Assembly (NCBI GenBank): GCA_947085655.1
Contig: CAMTXH010000022.1
Coordinates: forward strand, 2,556-66,555
From: an uncultured Omnitrophica bacterium
GTDB lineage: Bacteria > Omnitrophota > Gorgyraeia > JACQQV01
Direction of reading: 5' to 3'
DNA: 64,000 bases
Within the stretch, counting starts at the first letter, position 1. Each line of letters opens with the position of its first letter. The position numbers and the translations under genes were made by a program. Shown piece after piece: positions 45,199-56,253 of this stretch. The notes under the pieces were generated by a model. That model was not told the DNA's origin, did not search any database, and saw only the letters and a list, made by a program, of their open reading frames with translations.

Positions 45199-46574
45199 AC
45201 CGCCTCTCCCACAAGGTCGTAATCGAGACTTTGTTGGACGAGAACGGAGACGATCTCGCCGGGGCGGAGAACTCCTTTTTTCTGCCCGTTCGTGCCGGAA
45301 GGAAATCGGACAAAGACCTGGCCGTCCACCTCTGGGGCATCTCCCTGCCTCCGCCCGATCCAAAGGGTTGGATCCTTCGCATCGGCTTCTTCCAGAAGCA
45401 CCTCCACGGTCTTTCCGACAAACCGTTCAAGCCGCTTTTTGGAAATCTCCCTCTGAAGCGTCATGACCTTGCGGTAACGCTCCCCCTTCAGTTCCTCCGG
45501 CAGGTGGTCCGGGAGCCTGTCCGCCTCTGTCCCTTCTTCCTTTGAAAAGATAAATGCGCCGAGACGATCAAATTGAATCTCCTCGATAAACTGAAGGAGT
45601 GTTTCGAAATCTTTCTCGTCTTCTCCGGGATAGCCGACCATTACGGAACTCCGCAAGGTCAATTCGGGAAGCGCCTCCCGGAGCTTCCCGAAGATGGACC
45701 GCATCTGGTTTTGGGTACATTCCCGTTTCATGGAAAAAAGAATTTTGTCGCTTGCGTGCTGAATCGGAATGTCAATATAGGAACAGATGTTTTGTTCGGT
45801 TTGAAAGACCTCGATCAATTCGTCGGTGAAGTGGGCCGGATGAAGATAGAGGACCCGGATCCAGGGAATTTTCCCGAAACGGGACAAACCCCTCAACAGT
45901 TTGGGCAGTTTCTTTTTCCCGTAATGCCTCAGTCCGTAGAGACTCGTGTCCTGCCCGATGAGGTTCAGTTCTTTCAGCGGACGCGTCTCCGATAGACGCC
46001 GCGCTTCCTCCAGGATCGATTCAAGGGATCGTTCGCGGTAGCCCCCCTTGATCTTGGGAATGATACAGAAACGGCAGCTGTTGAGGCACCCTTCGGAGAT
46101 TTTCAGATAGGCGGTGTAGGGGGGTGTGAGGGAAAACCGCGGGGTATCCCCGTCCACTAGAAATCGGGGGTGGGGCCAGTGATTCGGGAGAAAGGTCACC
46201 CCTTTGGAAAGACGGTCGATCACCTCCACAATGCGGGCCTGTTCTCCGGAGCCGAGAAAGGCGTCCACTTCCGGAAGCTCTTTGGAAAGTTCGCCCTGAT
46301 ACCGCTGGGGAAGGCATCCGCTCACCACGATTTTTTGGATTCTTCCCTTCCGTTTCCATTCGGCCGCCTCCAAAATCGCTTCGGTCGATTCTTCCACCGC
46401 CTCCCGGATAAAGCCGCAGGTATTAATGAGGAGAATCTCCGCCTTTTCGGGCCGGAGGGTGATTTCATACTGGTGCTGACGCAAAAGTCCGAGCATCGCC
46501 TCCAAGTCCACCAGGTTCCGGGCGCACCCGAGTCCGACAAAACCGATCTTCACTCCGCTTCCTCCAGTTTCCAC
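45195..46574 (-). CDS. rimO: Ribosomal protein S12 methylthiotransferase RimO
   Basis: KIGFVGLGCARN (MTTase N-term), radical-SAM CLNSCRFCIIP, C-terminal TRAM. Confidence 0.85.
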   Translation of the reverse strand: METGGSGVKIGFVGLGCARNLVDLEAMLGLLRQHQYEITLRPEKAEILLINTCGFIREAVEESTEAILEAAEWKRKGRIQKIVVSGCLPQRYQGELSKELPEVDAFLGSGEQARIVEVIDRLSKGVTFLPNHWPHPRFLVDGDTPRFSLTPPYTAYLKISEGCLNSCRFCIIPKIKGGYRERSLESILEEARRLSETRPLKELNLIGQDTSLYGLRHYGKKKLPKLLRGLSRFGKIPWIRVLYLHPAHFTDELIEVFQTEQNICSYIDIPIQHASDKILFSMKRECTQNQMRSIFGKLREALPELTLRSSVMVGYPGEDEKDFETLLQFIEEIQFDRLGAFIFSKEEGTEADRLPDHLPEELKGERYRKVMTLQREISKKRLERFVGKTVEVLLEEADAKDPTLWIGRRQGDAPEVDGQVFVRFPSGTNGQKKGVLRPGEIVSVLVQQSLDYDLVGEAV

Positions 46575-47257
46575 CCTTCCCGCGTCATCACGATTTTTTC
46601 AAGCGGTCTTCCCTTCCTTCCCGGCACGCCGAGCGACTTCCGATTCAAATTCACGTGAACCGCTCCCCCATCGGTCAAAGAGAGGACGAATTGCCGATCG
46701 GAGGTCCAGCTCTCTTCTTTACCCTTGGCCAGGAGCCCCTGGTACATCAGTCGTCCATCCGCATGGACCGTGACCCAGGTATTGTCCCGGGCATGCAGTT
46801 TGAGTGTCAGCAGCCCCTTTTCAGGAATCCGGAAAGGATAAGGGGTAATCACCCCTTTCTGGAGAACCACGTGGGAAAGTCTGATTCTCGAAATGCCGAT
46901 GCCGGTCAGAAAGAGGGCGCCGACAATCGCAATGGCGAGCAGAAGCCGTCCGGCCCAAGGCAAAAGAGCCGGCTCTTCCTCCTGTGAAGCGACTTCCAAC
47001 AAACTGGGGGGGGCCGCGCTGAACTTCGGCACTTGGGCTAGATATTCATGGATGAGTTCCTCCCCGTTCAATCCGACGAGGGAGGCGTAGCTTTTTAGAA
47101 ACCCCTTGATGTAGACCGGATGCAACTCTTCCTGCCCCCGGTCTTCTTCAATCGCCTCAACGATTCTGGGATGAATTTTCGTCTTCTGACTGACCTGCTC
47201 GATGGAGAGCTGTTTTTTTTCGCGTGCCTTTTTCAGCCGCGTTCCGATGGATGACAT
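46550..47257 (-). CDS. Helix-turn-helix domain membrane protein (RodZ-like)
   Basis: N-terminal XRE-type HTH (IGTRLKKAREKKQLSIEQVSQKTKIHPRIVEAIE) followed by a TM segment. Confidence 0.55.
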   Translation of the reverse strand: MSSIGTRLKKAREKKQLSIEQVSQKTKIHPRIVEAIEEDRGQEELHPVYIKGFLKSYASLVGLNGEELIHEYLAQVPKFSAAPPSLLEVASQEEEPALLPWAGRLLLAIAIVGALFLTGIGISRIRLSHVVLQKGVITPYPFRIPEKGLLTLKLHARDNTWVTVHADGRLMYQGLLAKGKEESWTSDRQFVLSLTDGGAVHVNLNRKSLGVPGRKGRPLEKIVMTREGWKLEEAE

Positions 47258-47260
47258 GGG

Positions 47261-49483
47261 TTACTCCTCCGCAGGCCTCTCCCCGGCGGAACCGCCTTTT
47301 TCGGAGGCATCCACGAGAATCTCTCTCGGTTTGCTTCCCCGGTAGGGGCCGACGATGCCGTCCTGTTCCATCATATCGATGAGGCGGGCCGCCCGGCTGT
47401 ACCCGAGACCGAAACGGCGTTGGAGGACAGAAACCGAAGCATGCCGGGTTTCCAGCACCGTTCGAACCGCCTCTTCGTAAAGTTCGTCTTTGGAGGAAGA
47501 GGCTCCCATCCGCTTCTCCTGCTCCTGGAGAATCCCCTCATGGTAGGAGGGTTTCTGCTGGGAACGGATCGCTTCGCTGATTCGCTCAATTTCCTGATCC
47601 TGGATAAACGCCCCCTGGGCCCGAATCGGTTTGGCCACTCCCGGTTTCAAAAAGAGCATGTCTCCCTTCCCGACCAGTTTGTCGGCTCCCCCCATATCGA
47701 GAACGGTCCGCGAATCGACCTTTGAAGCGACCTTGAAAGAGATCCGTGCAGGAAAGTTCGCCTTAATCACACCGGTCAGGACATCCACAGAGGGGCGCTG
47801 GGTCGCCAACACCATATGGATGCCGACCGCCCGGGAAAGTTGCGCCAACCGTGTAATCGCCGTCTCCACTTCTTGCGGCACAACCATCATCAGATCCGCC
47901 AGTTCATCGATCACCACCACCAGATACGGAAGGGCTTCGAAGGCCTCCCCTTCCGGGAAGGTCTCTTTTTGAGAGATCCTCTCATTGTATTGTTGGATGT
48001 TGCGGGCACCCATTTTGGCGAGGAGTTGATAACGGGACTCCATTTCCTGCACAACCCATGCCAAAGCCCCCTTGACTTTTTTCGGATCGGTAAGAACCGG
48101 GGTTAAAAGATGTGGAAGATGGTTGAAGAGGGCCAATTCCACCATCTTCGGGTCCACCATCATAAATTTGAGTTCGTCCGGCGAGGCATTGAAAAGGAGA
48201 CTTGCGATGATGGTATTGATGCAGACGGTCTTTCCGGAGCCGGTCGTCCCGGCAATCAAAAGATGCGGCATGTCAACCAGATCCGCCACCAAGGGCCGGC
48301 CGCCGGTGTCCTTCCCAAGGGCAAGGGTTAATTTCGAGGGACTCTCACGGAATTCTTGTGATTCAAGGACCTCCTTTAAATAGACGAAGGTCATCTGGGT
48401 GTTGGGGACCTCGACGCCGACAGCCGATTTCCCCGGAATCGGTGCGATGATCCGGACGCTGGGGGCTTTCATGACAAGGGCGATGTCATCCGAAAGGGCG
48501 GTAATCCTGATGACCTTGACGCCGGGAGCCGGCTGCAATTCGTAGCGGGTAATCACCGGCCCCGGTTCAACGCTGATCACCTTCACTTCGATCCCAAAAT
48601 CCCGCAGCGTCTCCTCCAGGATGCGGGAATTCCCCTCAAGACTCTCCCGAATCTGCCGGTCCTTAAGGGGCGGGGGAGGATTCAAAAGATCGAGGGAAGG
48701 AAGTTGATAGTCACCACTTTTTTGAAGTTGTCTCTCCGCTGCCGGTTTTAGAACCCCTTTCTCCTTTTCGGCCCTCGGTTTGGGAGTGAGAATCCGGAGG
48801 GGACGGATCGGTTTCAGTTCCTCTAACTCCGGCTCAAATTTCACTTTCGGTTTTGATTCTAGAGCGAATCGATCCGGCTCCGGTGGCCATTCCCGCTGGA
48901 TCCTCACTTTTGGCTTTGGGCGTCGGGCAAAAGGGACGACAAGAGCCGAACCCCCTTTCCGGAAGAGCCGAAAAAGGGAAAGGAAAAAGGGATCTAGCCG
49001 GAGGTTTGCCGACAGAATCAGACAAATCAAAAAGATTGCACCGAGTACCACTACACTCCCCGGGGTTCTTAAATATTTCCGGAGAAAATCGGAGATGAAA
49101 AGCCCGAGAAGCCCTCCCACTTTGAACCGGGTCGGCTCGCTCCCGAAGGTAAGGAGACTTAAAAGAGAGGCGGTGGAGAGAAAAAGAATCATTCCGCCCC
49201 AGAGACGGATCGAGAGGAATTTTTGGTCCTTGCCGAAAAACTTAAGTCCTCCCCAGACGCCGACCATGGTCGGGATGAGAAAGGCGGTCCAGCCGAAGAG
49301 AAAAATGAGCCCCCCTCCCACGGCGGCGCCGATCGGTCCGGCCCAGTTTCGGGGGGGAACTTGGGGTGAAGAAGTATAGAGGGAAAGATCCGAAGGACTG
49401 AAGGATGCCAGACTCAAAAAAAGGAGGAGACTGGTCGAAAAAAGAAAAATGCCCTCAACCTGTTTCCAGCGGTCTTCATGCAT
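47261..49483 (-). CDS. ftsK: DNA translocase FtsK
   Basis: N-terminal TM helices, a Pro/Lys-rich linker, motor domain Walker A GTTGSGKTV, and a C-terminal gamma winged-helix domain. Confidence 0.9.
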   Translation of the reverse strand: MHEDRWKQVEGIFLFSTSLLLFLSLASFSPSDLSLYTSSPQVPPRNWAGPIGAAVGGGLIFLFGWTAFLIPTMVGVWGGLKFFGKDQKFLSIRLWGGMILFLSTASLLSLLTFGSEPTRFKVGGLLGLFISDFLRKYLRTPGSVVVLGAIFLICLILSANLRLDPFFLSLFRLFRKGGSALVVPFARRPKPKVRIQREWPPEPDRFALESKPKVKFEPELEELKPIRPLRILTPKPRAEKEKGVLKPAAERQLQKSGDYQLPSLDLLNPPPPLKDRQIRESLEGNSRILEETLRDFGIEVKVISVEPGPVITRYELQPAPGVKVIRITALSDDIALVMKAPSVRIIAPIPGKSAVGVEVPNTQMTFVYLKEVLESQEFRESPSKLTLALGKDTGGRPLVADLVDMPHLLIAGTTGSGKTVCINTIIASLLFNASPDELKFMMVDPKMVELALFNHLPHLLTPVLTDPKKVKGALAWVVQEMESRYQLLAKMGARNIQQYNERISQKETFPEGEAFEALPYLVVVIDELADLMMVVPQEVETAITRLAQLSRAVGIHMVLATQRPSVDVLTGVIKANFPARISFKVASKVDSRTVLDMGGADKLVGKGDMLFLKPGVAKPIRAQGAFIQDQEIERISEAIRSQQKPSYHEGILQEQEKRMGASSSKDELYEEAVRTVLETRHASVSVLQRRFGLGYSRAARLIDMMEQDGIVGPYRGSKPREILVDASEKGGSAGERPAEE

Positions 49484-49485
49484 CG

Positions 49486-50250
49486 CTATCCGGACATCCC
49501 AAGTGTCAAAAGACCCACCGCCACCAAATAAAGACTAAAGAAAGAAAGTTTTCGCCTCTCGACGACCCGCTCCAACGCCGAGAGGGCTAACATCCCAACC
49601 CCCATCGCAAGGCCTCCTCCAATGAGGAAATGGGGCATTTCTCTGCCAAGGAAGGCGACTTCGCCGGAGCTTCCCTGGCCAAAGAGTTTGTAACAAAAAC
49701 CGCCCAGAACGGCCGGGAACAAAAGGAGAAAAGAAAATTCGACCGCCCGTTTTCCCTCGAGGCCGAGGAGAAGTCCTGTCGCGATCGTCATCCCGCTTCG
49801 AGAAATACCCGGAACAAGGGCGATACCCTGACTGATACCAATGAGAAGAGCCGACCAGCCGTTCAGTTCCCGCTTCCTTCCTGCTTGGAATCGTTCCCCG
49901 ACCCAGAGCCAGACAGCGGTGATCAGGAATCCCCCTCCGACCGCTTTCGGTTCCCGGAAAAGTTGCTCTAGCGCCCCTCCCCAGAAAAGTCCCCCGAACA
50001 CGGCCGGCACGGTCCCAATGACCAGAAATCCGAGTTGCCGAAATTCTTGAAAGAGACGAAGAATCCGTCGCCAATAGAAAATGCCTACCGCGCCGAGCGA
50101 TCCGACATGAAGCCAAAGATCAAAAAGGAGTCTTGGCTCCTGGAACCCGAAGAGGCCGTGGAGGAGCACCAGATGCCCGGAACTGGAAATCGGAAGAAAC
50201 TCGGTGACGCCTTGCACCACCCCCGAAGAGGCGGCTTCGCCAAGCGTCAT
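49486..50250 (-). CDS. uppP: Undecaprenyl-diphosphatase
   Basis: VVQGVTEFLPISSSGHL...PGISRSGMTI is the BacA/UppP signature. Confidence 0.85.
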   Translation of the reverse strand: MTLGEAASSGVVQGVTEFLPISSSGHLVLLHGLFGFQEPRLLFDLWLHVGSLGAVGIFYWRRILRLFQEFRQLGFLVIGTVPAVFGGLFWGGALEQLFREPKAVGGGFLITAVWLWVGERFQAGRKRELNGWSALLIGISQGIALVPGISRSGMTIATGLLLGLEGKRAVEFSFLLLFPAVLGGFCYKLFGQGSSGEVAFLGREMPHFLIGGGLAMGVGMLALSALERVVERRKLSFFSLYLVAVGLLTLGMSG

Positions 50251-50302
50251 GGTTCGCTTCGCTTCGCTCGCTCACCATCGATCCTGAGCGGAGTCGAAGG
50301 GA

Positions 50303-52447
50303 TCATCGCGCGTCCTTGCGCGCGGGTCTTGGGCGATGAGGACGTTTGGAAGGAGAGGAAGGGGGTCTATCATCCGAAAGCTTCATGCTGAGATTCACGC
50401 GTCCCTGCGGATCAATTTCGATCACCTTGACCTGGACTTCATCGCCGACCTTGACCACATCCTCCACCTTTTCAACGTACCGATCGGCCAGTTCCGAAAT
50501 ATGAATCAGCCCCTCCTTTCCAGGCAGGACTTCGCAGAAAGCACCAAAAGCCATCAGTCGTTTAATCTTGCCGCTGTAAATTTTCCCGACTTCCACCTCT
50601 TCGGTGAGGCGCTTGACGATATCCACCGCCTTTTCGGAGGCCTGGGGATCGTTGGAGGCGATCAGAACGGTGCCGTCGTCTTCAATATCGATGGAGACGC
50701 CGGTTTCCTGGATGATCTTGCGGATCATCTTTCCGCCGGGACCGACCACCTCCCGAATTTTATCGGGATTAATCTTGAGGGTTGTGATGCGGGGGGCATA
50801 CTGGGAAAGGGTCGTCTTGGGTTCGGCGATGACCTGGGTCATTTTGGCCAACACATTCAACCGCGCCTCACGGGCCTGGGTCAGGGCGGTTTTAAAAATT
50901 TCGAGTGTCAGCCCTTCGACGATCTTCACATCCATCTGAAAGGCGGTAATGCCCTCCCGGGTCCCTGCCACCTTGAAATCCATATCCCCGAAGTGATCTT
51001 CCAAACCGTCGATGTCAGTCAGGACAACCCACTTTTTCCCCTCCCGAACCAGCCCCATTGCGATCCCTGCGACGGGTGCTTTGATCGGAACTCCCGCATC
51101 CATGAGCGCCAGGGCACCCGCGCAAACAGAGGCCATGCTGGAGGAACCGTTTGACTCCAGGATATCCGACACGACACGGACGGTGTAGGGAAACTCCTCC
51201 TTGGGCGGCATGAGGGGTTTTAGCGCCCTCTCTGCCAAGGCCCCGTGGCCGATTTCCCGCCGGCCGGGTCCTCGAACCGGTCGCACCTCTCCGACGCTGA
51301 ACGGCGGAAAGTTGTAGTGCAACATAAAATTTTTGAACGTTTCGCCTTCCAAGGCATCGATCATCTGTTCATCGGCAGTGGTTCCCAGAGTGGTGGTGGC
51401 CAGACTCTGGGTCTGACCCCGCGTGAATAGCCCCGAGCCGTGGGTCCGGGGAAGGACTCCCACTTCACAGGTGATCGGCCGAATCTCCTGAAAATGTCTT
51501 CCGTCAACCCGTTTCCCTTTTTCAAGGATAAACTGCCGGACCACCCCCTGCTCCAAACCGGAAAGGACTTCTTTCACATCCGATTCTGTCACCGTCCCGT
51601 CTTCCTTGACAAATTTTTCAACCAAGGAACTCACCAGTCTTCCCAGCTCCTCCTCCTGCTTTTCCTTGGGGTCGATTTTGAGGAGTTGTTCAATCTCTCC
51701 TCTCACCAAAGAGGCGACATTCGTCTTCAGGGTTTCGTCCACCTGACGGGGAACAAAAATCGTCTTCTGCCTCCCCAGTTTCCGAACCATCTCCTCCTGG
51801 AGCTGGATAATGGCCTGGGCCTGTTCGGAGCCAAACTGGACCGCTTCCAAGAGAAGTTCTTCAGGAATCTGCGTAGCGCCCGCTTCGACCATCAGAATGC
51901 CGCGCCGGGATGCGGAAATGACCAGATCCAACGACGAGGTGTCCAGTTCTGCGTAGGTTGGATTAATCACCCATTGGTCGGCCAACCGTCCGACCCGAAG
52001 ACTCCCCAGCGGTTCGGAAAAAGGAATGCTGGAAATCATAAGCGACGCGGAGGCCCCGATCATCGCCAGGACATCCGGGTCATAGACCCCGTCGTGGGAT
52101 AGGACCATTCCCATGACCTGAACCTCATGAGCAAACCCCTTTGGAAAGAGGGGCCGGATCGGGCGGTCCATCAACCGGGCGGTCAGGATTTCCTTCTCGC
52201 TGGGGCGGCCTTCCCGCTTAAAAAAACCGCCGGGAATTTTCCCGGCGGCGTAGGTCTTCTCCTGGTATTCGACCGTTAGAGGAAAAAAGTCGGCCTCCTT
52301 CTTGGCTTCGGGGGTCATGCAGGACGTAACCAACACCACGGTCCCACCGTATTGCACCGTGCAGGCACCGTCCGCCTGTTTGGCCATTTTGCCAACTTCG
52401 AGAATCAGTTCTTCACGACCGAGTGGTATGCTGAATTTTTCTGACAT
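50303..52447 (-). CDS. pnp: Polyribonucleotide nucleotidyltransferase (PNPase)
   Basis: 714 aa with two RNase PH domains, KH and S1 (GKIYSGKIKRLMAFGAFCEVLPGKEGLIHISE). Confidence 0.95.
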   Translation of the reverse strand: MSEKFSIPLGREELILEVGKMAKQADGACTVQYGGTVVLVTSCMTPEAKKEADFFPLTVEYQEKTYAAGKIPGGFFKREGRPSEKEILTARLMDRPIRPLFPKGFAHEVQVMGMVLSHDGVYDPDVLAMIGASASLMISSIPFSEPLGSLRVGRLADQWVINPTYAELDTSSLDLVISASRRGILMVEAGATQIPEELLLEAVQFGSEQAQAIIQLQEEMVRKLGRQKTIFVPRQVDETLKTNVASLVRGEIEQLLKIDPKEKQEEELGRLVSSLVEKFVKEDGTVTESDVKEVLSGLEQGVVRQFILEKGKRVDGRHFQEIRPITCEVGVLPRTHGSGLFTRGQTQSLATTTLGTTADEQMIDALEGETFKNFMLHYNFPPFSVGEVRPVRGPGRREIGHGALAERALKPLMPPKEEFPYTVRVVSDILESNGSSSMASVCAGALALMDAGVPIKAPVAGIAMGLVREGKKWVVLTDIDGLEDHFGDMDFKVAGTREGITAFQMDVKIVEGLTLEIFKTALTQAREARLNVLAKMTQVIAEPKTTLSQYAPRITTLKINPDKIREVVGPGGKMIRKIIQETGVSIDIEDDGTVLIASNDPQASEKAVDIVKRLTEEVEVGKIYSGKIKRLMAFGAFCEVLPGKEGLIHISELADRYVEKVEDVVKVGDEVQVKVIEIDPQGRVNLSMKLSDDRPPSSPSKRPHRPRPARKDAR

Positions 52448-52480
52448 GGTAGAGGTATCCTAAGAGGTTTCGGACCCGCC

Positions 52481-52750
52481 CTACTTCCGGAGATCCAATT
52501 TCTTCACGATGTTTTGATACGACGTTTCATCTTCCCGTTTCAGGTACTGTAACAGGGTTCTGCGCTGGCTGACCAGTTTCAGAAGACCCCGTCGGGAATG
52601 ATGGTCCTTCTTGTGAACCTTAAAATGCTCCGTCAAATTATTGATCCGCTCAGTCAGGATCGCAATCTGAACGGCGCAGGATCCGGTGTCCGTTTCGTGT
52701 TGGCGGAATTCCGAAACGAGAGTACCCTTTCGCTCCTTCGTAATTGACAT
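52481..52750 (-). CDS. rpsO: 30S ribosomal protein S15
   Basis: MSITKERK...[43 protein letters not shown]. The ORF track adds 11 upstream codons. Confidence 0.9.
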   Translation of the reverse strand: MSITKERKGTLVSEFRQHETDTGSCAVQIAILTERINNLTEHFKVHKKDHHSRRGLLKLVSQRRTLLQYLKREDETSYQNIVKKLDLRK

Positions 52751-52799
52751 CCCATAACCCCTTTCTAACTTTTGAGTATACACGTCCTTGAAAAAAGTG

Positions 52800-54161
52800 T
52801 CAAGACTCTTGCCGTTCCCACTTCAAAAACGATCCTAAAAGAAAAAGGGCGGTCGGCCCGATGGGGAGGAGGATTCTCAAGAAACTGTCATCCACATTCA
52901 TCACCCAACGCACATCCAGAGGATGGATAATGTAGATGAAGATGTAAAGAGTAACCGGCAAAAGAACCGCCAAAAACAAAAGAAGGATCGGGGGCTTGAG
53001 GAGTCTCCGCCAATAGAGAAGACCGAAACAAAAAAGGGCCGGCCAGAGGAGATTCCACCGGATGCAATCGGTCATTTTAAGCGCCAGTGTCTTGAAAATG
53101 AGGGAGAACCGGGCTTTCTGCGTCCCGATCACCTGCCACTGAAGCTGCGGTAAAAACTCGGAAAGGATCCTGTGCTCTTTCAGAAAAAGCCACCAGGGCA
53201 AAAGGAGAAGGAGGGGGATCGAAAGAAGTGGGATTTCCCGGAGGAATTGCTTTTTCTCCCCTTTCGGGAGGAGCCACAGGCGGGCCGTTCCGAAAAGGAA
53301 GGCATTGATAAGAAACAGAACCTGTCCTTCATTTTTTGTCCAGGCCTCCCCTGTCGAAAAAAGGAGAGCGATCCAAAGGTCCTCCCGGGCTCCGCGCCTG
53401 GCCCAAAAGTAAAAGGAGAGGGTGGCGCCGGTATGGTAAAAGGCCATCGGCAGCTCCGCATAGGCCCGCAGGGTGTAGTCCAGAAGGAGGGGAAGGGTTG
53501 CGAGGTGTGCCGTCAGAATAAAACTCTCCGTCCGGCTCTTTTCACGCCGGGTGCCTCCCCAAAAAACAGCCAAAAGGGCACCATAAAACAAGGGAAAAAG
53601 GAGCCGGACCTTTTCTTCATCCAACGCTCCGATCCCGAGATAGACCCAGCTCTCCGCCAAAGGGAGAAGCAGGGGATAATCTTTATGGGCAAACGCATTG
53701 ACGGGGTTGGTAAAGAAAGAAAGATCGACGCTTTCGGCGAGGAAAAAGGCCTTTGCCTTGAGTCCCCAGATGGACCAGGCATCCCAAAAATCGTAATAAC
53801 TCAAGGGAAAGGTCAGCGCCTCAATCCAGAGATAGATAAAAATGAAAAGAAGAAAAAGGAGAATGGACCTTTCGACGGAGTTAAACGGTTCCCTTTTCGA
53901 GGTGGGAGCTCTTCCCTTCCTCCGTCGGAGAAACGAACTCAGAAAAAGAATACCCCACGGAAGGGAGAGGATCCAGGGATTCCAGGAAATGCCGAGAAGC
54001 GAGGCGTAAAAGAGCTGGATCGTCCAGATCACCCATCCGATCCCGAAGGCAAAAGCGATGCTTTCCGCCTTTGAAAAAAGGGGGGGGCGTTTCATCCAAA
54101 GACGAAAAAAGGTCGCCCCGGTGAGAAAAACCGGAAGGAGCGAAAATCCGAAGCGGAGCAT
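52800..54161 (-). CDS. Polytopic membrane protein, possible GT-C-type glycosyltransferase or O-antigen-ligase-like
   Basis: 453 aa with about 12 TM helices. Its position next to a DPM-synthase-like GT2 suggests a polyprenyl-phosphate-sugar-dependent transferase. No firm motif. Confidence 0.4.
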   Translation of the reverse strand: MLRFGFSLLPVFLTGATFFRLWMKRPPLFSKAESIAFAFGIGWVIWTIQLFYASLLGISWNPWILSLPWGILFLSSFLRRRKGRAPTSKREPFNSVERSILLFLLFIFIYLWIEALTFPLSYYDFWDAWSIWGLKAKAFFLAESVDLSFFTNPVNAFAHKDYPLLLPLAESWVYLGIGALDEEKVRLLFPLFYGALLAVFWGGTRREKSRTESFILTAHLATLPLLLDYTLRAYAELPMAFYHTGATLSFYFWARRGAREDLWIALLFSTGEAWTKNEGQVLFLINAFLFGTARLWLLPKGEKKQFLREIPLLSIPLLLLLPWWLFLKEHRILSEFLPQLQWQVIGTQKARFSLIFKTLALKMTDCIRWNLLWPALFCFGLLYWRRLLKPPILLLFLAVLLPVTLYIFIYIIHPLDVRWVMNVDDSFLRILLPIGPTALFLLGSFLKWERQES

Positions 54162-54610
54162 CAGGGTCTTCTCCGTTTCAAGAGAACCACATCCTCACTT
54201 AAACGGACCAGGGGCTCAAAGCCCTCCTCTTCAAACGGAGCATGGTAAACGAGGAGATAGTCCACCGACTCCTCCGGCCAGTTTCCTTCCCAATAAACCC
54301 TTCGGGGATAAAGGAGGTAGGCCATCTTCTGCTGGTCATGGGAAAGGAAAAAGTTGGGGGAATGGCGGGTGAAAAGCCGCCGAGGAACGTGGGGGCTGTT
54401 GTAAAAAAAAAGAGAAGCATTGATGGGGAGGTGGCGCTCGCATGCCTTGGCCGCCGCGAACAGATCGTCATCCAGAAGACGCTGCTTCGCCTCCAGGTCC
54501 ATCCCCCACAGTTTCGGGTAGACAGACAAACTGAAACGGACCGCCTGAAAAAGGATCGATGCAAAGAGCAAAAACCAAAGCGTTGTCAGAAGGAGGGTCC
54601 ATTTCCTCAT
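54161..54610 (-). CDS. Hypothetical protein with an N-terminal TM anchor
   Basis: 149-aa ORF with start/stop overlaps to both neighbours (an operon pattern). Confidence 0.4.
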   Translation of the reverse strand: MRKWTLLLTTLWFLLFASILFQAVRFSLSVYPKLWGMDLEAKQRLLDDDLFAAAKACERHLPINASLFFYNSPHVPRRLFTRHSPNFFLSHDQQKMAYLLYPRRVYWEGNWPEESVDYLLVYHAPFEEEGFEPLVRLSEDVVLLKRRRP

Positions 54611-55341
54611 CGAAACTGCGCAATCTTCACAAAGGTATATCGGTGCACCAGAAATTTCACCAGTGTCCAGAGAATCCCGAAGCCGTAAACGACGCTTCGC
54701 CAGAAAGAAATCGTGGAGGCCTCCTCAAAATAGCGGGTTTTGATCGGGATCTCTTCGATCCGGAAATGGTGGAGGAGAAGTTGAACGATGATTTCGGTGT
54801 CGAAAACAAAACCGTCGGAATTCTTGTGAAACAAAACCCCTTCGAGGGCTCTTCGACTGTAAGCCCGGAAACCGGAGTGGTATTCGGTCAGGTACGTCGA
54901 GAGAACGACATTTTCGACGGCGGTGAGAAGGATGTTGGCGTTATGCTTCCAAAGGGGCATCCCGCCCTCCAAGGCCCCTCCCTTCATCATCCGCGAACCG
55001 AAGACCGCATCCGCTCTTCCCTCCAGAATCGGTTCAATCAGTTCCGGAACGACCTTCGGATCGTACTGATAGTCCGGATGAAGCATGACAACCAGATCCG
55101 CGCCGCGCAAGAGCGCTTCCCGGTAACAGGTTTTTTGGTTGGCGCCGTAACCGAAGTTTTTGGGGTGGATGAGAACCAAAAGCCCGAGTCCTCTGGCAAT
55201 CGAAACCGTCTCATCGCGGCTTGAGTCATCCACCAGGATGATCTCGTCCGCCACCCCTTTTGGGATATCCCGAACGGTTCTTTCCAGCGTCTTGGCCGCA
55301 TTGTACGCCGGAAGAACGATCGTGACCTTAGGTTTTTTCAC
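54607..55341 (-). CDS. Polyprenol-phosphate glycosyltransferase (GT2; DPM1/ArnC/GtrB-like)
   Basis: VTIVLPAYNAAKTL...LVDDSSRDET...ANQKTCY..., a GT-A domain with a C-terminal TM hairpin. Confidence 0.8.
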   Translation of the reverse strand: MKKPKVTIVLPAYNAAKTLERTVRDIPKGVADEIILVDDSSRDETVSIARGLGLLVLIHPKNFGYGANQKTCYREALLRGADLVVMLHPDYQYDPKVVPELIEPILEGRADAVFGSRMMKGGALEGGMPLWKHNANILLTAVENVVLSTYLTEYHSGFRAYSRRALEGVLFHKNSDGFVFDTEIIVQLLLHHFRIEEIPIKTRYFEEASTISFWRSVVYGFGILWTLVKFLVHRYTFVKIAQFR

Positions 55342-55344
55342 GCC

Positions 55345-56253
55345 TCACCCCTTTCTTGCGATCAATTCGATCTGGTCTGAGAAATTGATGTTGACTTCCC
55401 GGGGACCCAGCCGGAAAAGCCGGACCCAAGGCGCAAATCCCGCCCCGAGGAGAGGGTTCATGGCTGCCACCCGTTTGAGAAGGGATTGAACCGTAAAAAT
55501 CCGCCGGTAAGACCGCTTGGCCGCTATCCTGAAACCAAGCTCCTCCAAAAGAGCCGGGAGGGTCTTCCAGGAAAAATAGACCAGATGTTCCATCCGGTAC
55601 CCCCACCAGCGGTTTCCCAAGAGACGCGCGGCGAGACTCCCGACGTCGGGGGTGCTGAGATAAAGGACGCCGCTTTTCTTCAGGAGCCGGTGGCTCTCCG
55701 AAAGGGCCGATTTCGGGTCGGTGAGATGTTCCAACGTATCGATGAGGGTAATGACATCGAACCTTTCCGATGAAAGGTCTGCTTTTTCCAACGTCCCTCC
55801 GAAAATACAAGGACCCAATGTCTCTTCCGCAATCCGGCGGGCCCAGGCGGAAGGTTCGATCCCCCCCACCTCCCATCCGCGCCGTTTGGCCACCTCCAGG
55901 AAAAAGCCGGCGAAACAGCCGATATCCAGAAGCCGTCCCTTCGGGGAAACGCTTTCGATCCAGTCGAGGCTCCTTTCGGCCATCCTCTGCCGAACCGCCT
56001 TTTCCTCCAGATACGTCTCATCCGCCATCTCTTCGTAAAGTAAACGGAGCTCGTCCTCGGAAGGAAACGGATGAACAGAGACAATGCCGCACCTCCGGCA
56101 CCGGACCAATGCCCGGGCTCGTCCGTATCGGGCCCGAGTAATGGAATGACCGGTCACCGGCATAAAGCTTCCCTGCTTCCGGTAAAGGCCAAGGCCGCCT
56201 CCCCGACAGACAGGACAGACCCTGGCAAAATGTTCAGGAGTTCTTGTCTTCAA
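55345..56253 (-). CDS. Class I SAM-dependent methyltransferase with an N-terminal Zn-ribbon
   Basis: CPVCRGG...CRRCG, then LLDIGCFAGFFLEVAKRRGWEVGGIEPS (motif I) and FDVITLIDTLEHL. The ORF track extends to 56703 inside the DUF2079 gene; a TTG start near 56253 with a GGAGAG RBS is more plausible. Confidence 0.5.
   Translation of the reverse strand: MKTRTPEHFARVCPVCRGGGLGLYRKQGSFMPVTGHSITRARYGRARALVRCRRCGIVSVHPFPSEDELRLLYEEMADETYLEEKAVRQRMAERSLDWIESVSPKGRLLDIGCFAGFFLEVAKRRGWEVGGIEPSAWARRIAEETLGPCIFGGTLEKADLSSERFDVITLIDTLEHLTDPKSALSESHRLLKKSGVLYLSTPDVGSLAARLLGNRWWGYRMEHLVYFSWKTLPALLEELGFRIAAKRSYRRIFTVQSLLKRVAAMNPLLGAGFAPWVRLFRLGPREVNINFSDQIELIARKG

Noticed and set aside
53172-54074. 300-aa plus-strand ORF
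   Set aside because: It is antisense to the 453-aa membrane protein gene and has a Lys/Glu/Gly-rich low-complexity translation.
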